Below, one piece after another: positions 35,946 through 45,800 of a stretch of 64,000 nt of DNA. The notes under the pieces are model-generated. The model did not search any database. It saw only the letters and a list, made by a program, of their open reading frames with translations, and had not been told where the DNA came from. The translations under genes and the position numbers were made by a program. Position 1 is the first letter of the stretch, and every line of letters begins with the position of its first letter. Source of the DNA: Cyanophora paradoxa CCMP329 (lineage: Eukaryota > Plantae > Glaucophyta); contig QPMI01000687.1 of assembly GCA_004431415.1 (NCBI GenBank), positions 26,745 to 90,744 of the forward strand. The letters are read 5' to 3'.

Positions 35946-36543
35946 TAGGCCTGCGGCTTGCAGGCAAGCCCTTGAGCCAAGCCCTTGAGCCGGGCTGGGA
36001 GGTCAAGCCCTTGTCTGGCTTTTGGCCGGCTCAAGCCGGCTCAAGCCCTGAACGGGGAGGGGGGGGGAGGCGTCGGAGGGGGGTGCCGGACGCAGCTGGG
36101 CGCCTGCAGCGCATTTGAATCGGAGCTGATTATAAGCTTAAGATATAAGCCTGCGACGGCAACGTTAACTAACATAAGAATCAACGGCCTGCAACGGCAC
36201 GTACCCCCCGCGGCGCCGGCCAGCCACAGTGCGGCTGGCGCCTGCGTGCCACACGTGCATGCACGCGTTGGCGATTGCTATTATAATTTTATAAGAGTAT
36301 ATGTACATGTGTTTCTTCGTGAATTCGAAGCTTAAGCCAAATATAAGCATTGGGCTGCGGTGCGAAGGGCCTTCGGAACGGTACCCCCCCTTAGGCTTGC
36401 CGCAAGCCCGGCCAAGGGCTTGACCCGCTCGGGAGGCCAAGCCCTTGGGCCGGCCGGCCGGCCGGCTTGGCTTGGCTTGACCGCGAGGGCCCGGGGCTTG
36501 GCTTGGCTTAAGCCGACTTTTTGGCCGGCAAGCCGCACCCCTA
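35946..36543. mobile_element. Non-autonomous hAT-like DNA transposon (MITE), 598 bp
   Basis: 8-bp target-site duplication CCCATGCC at 35938-35945 and 36544-36551. Terminal inverted repeats TAGGCCTGCGGCTTGCAGGC and TAGGGGTGCGGCTTGCCGGC (17/20 identical). CAAGCC subterminal repeats on the left, GGCTTG on the right. Confidence 0.85.
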
Positions 36544-37226
36544 CCCATGCCTCCGCAGCCGCGTTTATCGATGATGATGGTTAGATTCCTGCAAAATTCC
36601 GAGCAGCGACCGGCGACGGTAGTAGCTAGCTATGGCCAAGCTCGCCGCAAAGTCACACCTTGGGCCCTTGACGTCGCCTTCAGCTTCCATTCCTCGGCCT
36701 TCGAATCTCGCCAAGGCTTTCGTCATCTGCATGCCATGATGCGTACGAAGCGCAAACCTTATGATCAACGTGCGCAACCCTAGGCCTAGGCCTCGGCGCG
36801 GCCAGCCGCGGGTTTCGACGCGACACGCTAGCTATAGCTTCCCTCAGCTGCAGAGTCCTTCACTCAACGGGGCGCGGCGCGAGCTCGCCTGCAGGTGCAG
36901 TCCTAAGTTGATGCGCATGCGCACGTTGTCTCGAAGACACGCGCTTCGCCACCGCAGCCGCGGCTCCGGCGGGGCCGGAGGTTAACGTTCGTGGCGTGCC
37001 ACGGTGTGCCCTTAAAGCTTCCGAGTGACACCAGTCCCGAATCCTTGGCTTATGAGACGTGCAGAAGGCTTGGAGAGCAACAGACGGGGCTAGGCTCCGG
37101 ATCCTATCGGAGCGTGCGCGTCGCTCATCTCGGACATCGATCACCGGACCACGCGCGCCGGGCGCCGATCCGCGAGCGTTTGGCGCGCCGTCGCCGAACC
37201 TGGGCCCAAACGTTGACGTTGACCGG

Positions 37227-40200
37227 ATGCCGGCGGCCTTCGAAGCGGTGGGAGCGTCGCGGCCGCCGGCGCCGGCCGCGGCGCCGTCGAGGTCGCCGAA
37301 GCGGCGCTCGGCCGCGGCCGCGGGCTCGCTGGTCATCACGAGCGGGGGCGGCAGCGGGGGCGTGCTCGCCGGGGTGCGCGAGCTGGCGCGCCCCGCCAGC
37401 TCGGGCCCCCTTGGCCTCCAGCCTCCCGCCCCGCGCCCCGCCGCCCCCGACCTCTCCCGCCCCGCCACCCGCCCCGTCTCCCCGCGCGCCTCGCCCCAGC
37501 CGCCCTCGCCCTCCTCGCCGGGCCCGAGCCGGCCGCCTCCCTCGGCACCATCGGCCTCCCGGCGTCGGCCCCTGTGGAGGGCGACTGGGAGGCGGGGCGG
37601 GGGGGCGCTGGAGGGGCCGTACGCGGGGTGGACGAGCGGCTGCGGCGCCTCTGCTCGCTGCTCGAGGCTCCGCGCCGCAGCGGCCCCGCCCCGGCGGGCT
37701 CGCCTCGGCGCCGGCCTCGCGCCCGGGCTCGCCGCCCCGCGCCCCTCCGCCGGCTTCGGGGCCTCCTGCGCGGGCGCCCCGCGGGGGGAGCCCCGTGCTC
37801 GCCCTCGGCGTCGGGCACGGCTTTCTCCGCGAGGCCCCCGCCCGCCCCACCTCCCTCTCCACCCCCAGTCCGCCCCGCCACGCCCTGCCCCGCGTGCCCC
37901 GCGCCTGGCTCTGAACCCGCGCGGCAGCCTCGCCCGTGCTGGGCGGCTCCGCCGGCTCCCGCTCGCAGTCGGCCGGCTCCGCGATGGGCGGCACCGACTC
38001 CCCGCCCTTCCTCGGGGGGGCGCTCTCGGGGGCGGGCGGGGCGGTGTCGCCGGGGGGCGGGGTGCAGCTGCAGCTGGCGGGGATCTTCTCGCGGCGGCGC
38101 CGCTCCTCGTCGGCCTCGACGGGCGCCTCCTCGCTCGGCGGCAGCGGCGCCTCCGCCGCCAACCTCCTCCGCCACCTCCCGGAGCCGCCCCCGGGGGACG
38201 AGGGCGAGGCCGAGGGCGGGGCCGGGGGCGAGGGCGCGGGATGCGAGGGCCGGCACGCGTCCGGCCCCGAGCTCGAGGAGGGGCAGCAGCCGCAGGCCGC
38301 CCCCGCCCCGCCCGAGCCCCGCCCCGAGCCTCCGCTTCACCCTGCCCGCGCTCCTGCCCTTGAGCTCGCCCCGGGCCCCCAGCCGCGCCCCCGCCCCGGG
38401 GGCCGGCGCCCGACCCCGAGAGCGCGTCGTTGGGGTCGGAGCGGGGCGGGGCCGAGAGCTGGAGCTCCCCGTCGGCCCGCGGGGCCGGCACGCCCCCGCG
38501 CCTCGCCGCGGAGAGTGCGCGCAGCACCGGCCGAGGCGCCGAGGGCGCCGGCGCGGGCGCGGGGCGGGGCGCGGGCCTGCAGAGCCTGCAGAGCGCGCGC
38601 TCCAACTCGGGGGCGGGCTCGGGCTCGGGCGCGAGCTCGCCGGGCGCGGGGCGGGAGGCGGTGCTCGAGTCGGGGCGGGCGGTGCGGGGCAAGGTGGCCC
38701 CGGGGCGGACGTGCCGTTACAGCCTCTCGTGCCCGCTGCAGACGCCGGGGCTGGTGAGCGTGCAGGCCCTCCGCGGTGCCGTCGACGCCACCATCCGCTT
38801 CGTCCCGGACCGCGGCGGCGAGCCCCCCCCGGTGCGCGCCCCGCCCCACCCGCGGCCGTGCCGGGGCTCCGCCTGAGGCAGGGCGGGGGCGGGGGCAGGG
38901 GTCGGGCCCGTGGACGCTGGCGTCGACGGAGGAGGAGGGGGCGGAGCTCGCCGTCCCGCCCTTCGGCCTCGCCGGCTCGCTCGCCATCGCCCTCCGCTCC
39001 GCCACCGGGGCCGGCGCCGCCTTCGCCCTCGCCGCCGTCTGCGAGACCCCCGCCGCCCTCAAGATCGGCCGCCCCCTCGACCGCGCCCTCGCCCCCGGCG
39101 ACTCCGGCGCGCCCCGCCCCCTCCTCCCCCCATCGGGCCGCCGGCGGCTGATCGTGAGGGCCGGGGGCGGGGGGCAGGGCACTACTACGCGGGGCACGCG
39201 CGGTCGACGAACGCGGCGCGGAGCATCGTCCTCGAGCTCCGCCCCGGCGAGCGCGAGGCGCCTGGCGGCGCGCAGCCGCCCCGCAGCCTCTCCGCCCTCG
39301 ACCGCGAGTGCGCGCCGCCCCCGGCCCCCTCCCCAGGGCCCGCGAAGCCGGCAGGGGCTCACGCGGGCGGGGCGGGCAGCGGGGAGGGGGCGGGGCCGAC
39401 GGAGGGCGAGGCGGGCTCGAGCGACTCGGAGGGGAGCGCGTGGGGGGAGGGCCCGGGGGCCGCCCCCCGCCGCCCCCCGTGGCGGCCTACTTCTCGTGCA
39501 CGCGGCCGTACCCGACGCCGGAGGAGCACGACTTCGCGCTGACGCCCTCGCGCCCGCGCGCGGTGGTCCCCTGCCAGGGCCTCGGCGACACCCTCTACGT
39601 CGCCGTCCTCCCCCACCGCCGCGACCGCCGGCCCCTCGCCGCCGCCGCCGCCCCGCGCCCCGCGCCCCGCCCCTACACCCTCTCCGCCTCCATCCTCAAG
39701 TGTACGCCCCGCGCCCCGCCCCGCCCCGCCCCGCCGGCCCGACGCGGGGCCCCGCCGGCAGCCTCGGCGCGGGTGGCGGGCATGTTCATCAGCAAGAGCC
39801 TCTTCGCGCACGCCGCGTCAGCGCTCTCGCAGAACGCCCGCGGCAGCGGCAGCGCCGCCCCCTCCGCCTCCTTCGCCCGCCCCTCGGCCTCCCTGCGCGC
39901 CGCCGGCGTCCGCTCGTACGACTCCGCCGACGAGAGCCGCCCCGCCGCCCCCGCCCCGGGCCCCGGCTCCCGCCGCTGGCACGCCGCCCTCCTCCGCCCC
40001 CGCCCCCGCGGCCCGGCGCCGCCCCGCTCCCGGTCCCGGCCCCGGCGACGCCGAGCGGGAGGGGGGCCCGGGGCCTGCGGAGGGGGGCGCCGGGGCCGCC
40101 GTGCGGCGCCCCGCCTCCGTGGCCTCCCTCGCATTCCCCCGCCCCCGCGTCCCCTCCTTCTCCCTGCCCCGGGCCCCGCCCCACGGCCCCCGGCGCGGCG

Positions 40201-40317
40201 CTCGCCTCCCCGAGCCCCGGCCCGCCCCTCAGCCCCTTCCTCCCGACCCCGACCCCTCCGGAGCGCCCTGCAGCTGTCGCGTGGGCCCCCGATCCCACGG
40301 ACCTCCCGTACCCGTGA
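37227..40317 (+). CDS. Hypothetical multi-exon protein: low-complexity N-terminus, tandem beta-rich modules, low-complexity tail
   Basis: Coding-like segments AVLESGRAVRGKVAPGRTCRYSLSC, LKIGRPLDRALAPG..HYYAG, VAAYFSCTRPYPTPEEHDF..TLYVAV..PYTLSASI, separated by typical short introns. Boundaries approximate. Confidence 0.5.
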
Positions 40318-40950
40318 TCACGACGGCCCCGCGGACCCGCGCGCGGCCCCTTGCAGATCGTGGCCATGCAGATGGCTTATTTGCTTTTTATTGCCTGTCT
40401 AATCATCCGCGCGTCCGGATCCGATGTAGTGTACCCTAGGCAGCTGGCGCTGCAGCGTGGCTTCTAGCATGCCTAGGAGCCGCTGAGCGTATTACGGTAG
40501 CCTGCAGCGCAGCGGGCAGTCTAGAAAGAACTCCGGGCCCGTGACCGGAACGGTAGTACTATACGGTGTAGCTACGCAGTAATTTGCCCAACTTGGCAAC
40601 TTGGCAAGTCGAAGGACACATATTGATCATGGCATGGCCCTCGGGGCCTAGCCTGGTAGATCAAGATCTAGCTTGGCATTTTCAGGCTTTCGAAAACGTA
40701 GCTATGCAGCGATTTCAAAAGTTTATCTCAGTATCATAGTAACGAAATGTTATTTGCAAATATCAATACTTGAATACCGTAGTACCTGACTCATGATCAG
40801 TCACTGAGTGATATTCAATGATCATGAGTACCTGCCATGCTGATCATGATCGGATCATGCACCGTGGCACTGCGGCAGCGCATGCGCATTGAGCCTCGGA
40901 GGCAAAATGAAGCTTGCCAAAAAACTTGAAAGTTGATTCTAAGTAAGCGT

Positions 40951-42499
40951 TCAAGTTTCGATCCTCGCCGGCTCTGGCCAACAATAGGAGGGGAGGCAGT
41001 CTATTGCAATTGGGGCCGAATTTGGGGGGGCCAACCGCAGGCCAACTGCAGACTCTGAGAGAAAGACAGCCGCACTCTCGAGACAGCCGGCCGGATCGCC
41101 GGGGCGGCGGACGAGGCGGAGTGGGAGGGCGGAGAGGGGCGGGGAGCGGGGGGCGTTGGATCTGGAGGCGAGGGCGGCGAGGAGGGGCCGCTCGGGGCGG
41201 GCCCCGCCGGGCCCGTAGCGGCGCATGCGGACGGCCACAGAGAGCTCCCGCAGCTCCGCCGCCGCCCCCAGCGACCCCAGCGCCCGCCCCGCCTCCTGCC
41301 CCCCGAGGGCGGGTCGGGGTACAGGGGGGTACAGGGGGGGTCGGGGTACAGGGGGGGTACCTGGACGGGGAAGACGGGGGCCTGGGCGTCGGAGTCGAGG
41401 GGGAAGGCGAGGGAGCGGAGGGCGGGGAGGCGGGCGGCGGCGGCGAGGGCGGCCGGCTCGAGCTGCTCGGGGGCGTCGCTCCCCGCCAGGTCGAGGCAGG
41501 CGAGGCGGCGGGCGGCGGGGACGGCGGCGAGGCGCGCGGAAGAAGAAGGGCACCTTAAGCCCCTCCAGGGCGCCCAGGGCGGCAAGGGGCCCCAGCCCGC
41601 CCTCCACGGCCCCCGCGCACAGGCCCCGCAGGCCCGAGGCCACCGCTGTCCCCGAGTCGAGCGCGTCGTCGGCTGCGTCCGCAGCGCGAGGGCCGCGAGC
41701 GCCGGCAGCCGCCCCAGGAGCGAGCGCAGGTGGTGGTCCTCGTACCCTAGGAACCGCCGCGCCGCCAGCTCGAGGCGCGAGACGCCGGGGAGCGGGCCCT
41801 CGCCCAGCCCCGAGAGGAGCGCGTCCGCCGCGCCCTCGTGCAGCGGCTGCACCCCGATCGCGATCTGCCATGACGATCAGGCGGGGTACGGGTTGCGTTG
41901 GGGGTACGGGGGGTTGCGTTGGTACGGTACGTGGGCGGCGGAAAGCTCGTCGGTGGCACGGTTTGGGGCCTCCGGGGCGGCGGGAGGGGCGCGGCGCACG
42001 CTCGGAGGTGTCGGAGGAGCGCGGGGGCAGCTCCAGCGACACGGAGAGGCGCCGCAGCTCTGCCAGGTTCACCAGGCAGGGCCAGCGCACGTTCCCGAGG
42101 CCCGAGAAGGGCCACGCCCGCGGCGACGTTCGAGGCGCCGCGCCGGTCTCGTTCGGCCCGCACGCGTGCCGGGACACGAGCGTGCAGATCCGCCGCGTGA
42201 GCGCGACGTGCACTTCGACGCTGGAGCCCGCGAGCTCCCCGAGCGCGGCTGGGCCGAGGTCGAGCGCAGCCTAGCGGACCTCCAGCATCACGCGCCGAAA
42301 CCGCCGACACAGCGACCAAAGCTGTGCGTGCCCGTACGCGCTGGCCAGGCCCACGGCCTCGAAGAGTGCGAGCGGCCAGCCGCTAAGCCGCAACGCTGCG
42401 GACCACGGACCTTGTGCAGCGTTATCGATGACAGGATATCGATGAGCTGTGTGTGTCGTCCAGCTGGTCGAAGGCGCAGGGAGGCTCCTCGGCCTCCAT
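40951..42499 (-). pseudogene. F-box/LRR-like gene, apparently frameshifted in the F-box
   Basis: MEAEEPPCAFDQLDD is followed by QLIDILSSI only if 2 nt are removed from the (AC)n run at 42448-42456. Then HAQLWSLCRRFRRVM and LRR-like LRRLSVSL, VSRLEL, LACLDL, LRSLAF, LRELSV. Confidence 0.55.
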
Positions 42500-42828
42500 G
42501 CGAGCGCAATCAGCCGCAACGCGAGCGACCAGCCGCTAAGCCGCGACAATGCGGATTAGTCCAGTTGGACCAAGGGGGCCAAGCCAACGAAACACTATCA
42601 ATATCGAAACGCTTTCGGTTCATTTCGCTTTTATGCGGGATATCGATGAGCTGCAGCGGGGCCGTCGGTCGTTGATGCGTGAGATGTCAACGTACCCCAT
42701 TGCTTCGTTCGCAGCCCGGCAAGTTCGCTTACGCCCGCGCCCTCCGTTCTCTCGTGCACTCGCGTTGAAAGCTGGGGTAATGTGAAGATTCGGCTTAGCC
42801 TAATAGCTTTTAACTTGCCGTCGTTGCA

Positions 42829-45800
42829 ATGACGGGCGACGGCAAGCGGGCCATGGAAGCCTCAAGCGAGCTCGAGGACTCGAAGCGCGCGCGTGGCCTC
42901 GAGCGAGGAGTCGAAGTGCGAAATTCAATATTCATGTTCGGGTGAATAAGTTCGCTGTCGCTGATGATCGGGCGCGTGCAGGAGATGGCGCCTGCGGCGC
43001 CCGCTAGCGCTGATCATGCATATGACCATGAGGAAGAAGCGCCGATTGTGATGCTCCCCGACGAGCTGCTCGTGAAAATCCTGCGGATCTCGGCGAACGA
43101 GGTCAGCGCGCCCGCCTGCGCTTGCGGCTTTGATTTCCTGAGCTCGAGCTCGGACCGCACAGGGACGAATAGCTAGTTGACAGCTAGTTGACAGCTAGTT
43201 ATCTATCTCACGAGGTTTGCAAATCCTAGATATTATCTAGTTGCAATTGTTATCTAGTTGTTATCTAGTGGTCATCTAGACGTCATCTAGTAGTTATCTA
43301 GACGTCATCTAGCTAGTACTTATCTAGACGTCATCTAGAGACGCCTTCCCACCTATCATTCCCACCCTACCGCCAGCAGCAGCACGGTGATTACAACAGC
43401 CTTCATTCACACTGACACACTTGGCTAGCTAGCGCTATGCTAGGCTACGCTAAGCTAGCTAGGCTGCACAACCTGCACTACGCTAAGTTGCCGCCTTCGC
43501 CGCGCCTTGCCAGCGCCATTGAGTCGCCCGCTAAGAAATGGCCGTGTTGCCGCCCAGGAAGGCCGCCGCCGCCGCCGCGCCGCCGCCGCCATCTCTCTGA
43601 CCTGCAAGCCATGTGAACGTCGTGCAACGGACAAGCTAAAGGGCGTAGCTACGCACTAGAACACTCATAAAGACTAGGTCTACGAGGGATGTGCGCTCCT
43701 ATAACGCGAGCAAGCGCAATCGCAAAGTGACACGCACCAGATGCGGAGATGCCTGCGCGGAGCGATCAGATAGCTGAGCATTTCCAACGGTCATGAAGCC
43801 TTGTGGGGCACCGTGGCACACGTTAGTCACGGCTCGGCGGCCACGGCTGGTCGGACCTGACAAAGACTTCGGAGAATGCATCTTCGGGTCGCTTGTCCGT
43901 CCTGAAGAGATAGTCAGCCAGTGTGGCACACGCTGGGACAACCGGACGGCCGCAGACCGACTGCGGTCGACGTCCGTTAGTCCGACCTGTGCGTGAACAA
44001 GACAGGACCTGCGCGTGAAAAGAACGCAAACACGCGCTAGGGGCCGCAGCTGAACGCTGCTGCTCGTGCGCGGGTTAGCTGATGCAGCTTTTGGAAGCTG
44101 AGGCCGTTGCCGAAGGTTTGTGGGATGTGTACCCTTGCTTCAAGCCTGCTACCCCTGCGAGACTGCCAGTCTAGTGTGTCAGACAAGCCTGCTACAGAGA
44201 CCGCGGCACCCGCAGGCGCAGCCACGCAGCACGACCGAATGGGCGAGAGAGTCCAAGAACACCAAGAACTGGCGCGGCGCGCTATGGCGAGAGGCAACCG
44301 ATACACAGCCCGAGCCGCTAGCGAGCGAAAAGCTTTGTGCGGGCCACTTCTAGTACAATGTCTCCTACGAGTCCCCAGGGCTGACTACTCCGTGGCGCAG
44401 GGCGACTCGGCGACACAGCGCAGGTGCTGACGCAGCGCGATCCATGCGGGGACCCGCCCTTGCGGCAAGCGACATGAACAGTTCGTACCACGCTTAGAAG
44501 TTTTCTCATAGACAAGTCATGGGGCCGCCGCATGGGGCCGACGCGCGGGCGGGCGGAGCAGAGGCGCAGCGGCGAGGCTCGCCGGGCGGGCGGCGGCGCG
44601 GCGGGCGGAGGCGCGGCTCACTGAGAGGGTTGCAGGACGGGGCGAAGGCGCGGCGGGCGGCTCGGCGGTGCGGCATCTCGCCAGGCGGCGCAGGAGGCGC
44701 GGCGGGCGGCGGCGAGGCTCGCCGCACGCGGCGGAGCGGGCGGGGCGAAGGCGCGGCGGGCGGCGGGGCATCTCGCCGGTCGGTGCGGGAGGCGCGGCGG
44801 GCGGCGGCGAGGCTCGCCGCACGCGGCAGAGGCGCGGCGGGCGCCGGCGCGGCTCGCTGCACAGGGCGGGAGGCGCTGCGGGCGACGGCGGGGCTCGCCA
44901 GGCGGGGCGGAGGCGCGGCGGGCGGCGGCGCGGCTCGCCGGGCGGGGAAGGCGCAGCGGGCGGCGGGGAGACTCGCGGGGCGGGCCCCAGCTCTGGCGCG
45001 CGGCAGCGGACTTCGTCGCACGGGGCGGAGGCGCGGCGGGCGGCGGCGAGGCTCGCCGCACGCGGCAGAGGCGCGGCGGGCGCCGGCGCGGCTCGCCACA
45101 CGAGGCGGGAGGCGCGGCGGGCGGCGGCGCGGCTCGCTGCACAGGGCGGGAGGCGCGGCGGGTGGCGGCGAGGCTCGCCGCACCCGGCAGAGGCGCGGCG
45201 GGCGGCGACGAGGCTCGCCGCACGCGGGGAGGCACGGCGGGCGGCGGCGGGGCTCGCCGGGCGGGGCGGAGGCGCGGCGGGCGACGGCGCGGCTCGCCGG
45301 GCGGGGCGGAGGCGCGGCGGGCAGCGACGGGGCTCGCCGGGCGGGCGGAGGCGCGGCGGGCAGCGACGGGGCTCGCCGGGCGGGGGAAGGCGCAGCGGGC
45401 GGCGGGGAGGCTCGCGGGCGGGGCCCCAGCTCTGGCGCGCGGCAGCGGACTTCGTCGCACGGGGCGGAGGCGCGGCGGGCGGCGGCGAGGCTCGCCGCAC
45501 GCGGCAGAGGCGCGGCGGGCGCCGGCGCGGCTCGCCACACGAGGCGGGAGGCGCGGCGGGCGGCGGCGCGGCTCGCTGCACAGGGCGGGAGGCGCGGCGG
45601 GCGGCGGCGAGGCTCGCCGCACCCGGCAGAGGCGCGGCGGGCGGCGGCGAGGCTCGCCGCACGCGGGGGAGGCACGGCGGGCGGCGGCGGGGCTCGCCGG
45701 GCGGGGCGGAGGCGCGGCGGGCAGCGGCGCGGCTCGCCGGGCGGGGCGGAGGCGCGGCGGGCAGCGACGGGGCTCGCCGGGCGGGGCGGAGGCGCGGCGG

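Noticed and set aside
40440-40950. AT-richer intergenic tract with GATCATG and TAC(C/G)GTAG motifs, similar to 52120-52400, as a transposon remnant
   Set aside because: I could not identify convincing terminal repeats or a target-site duplication.
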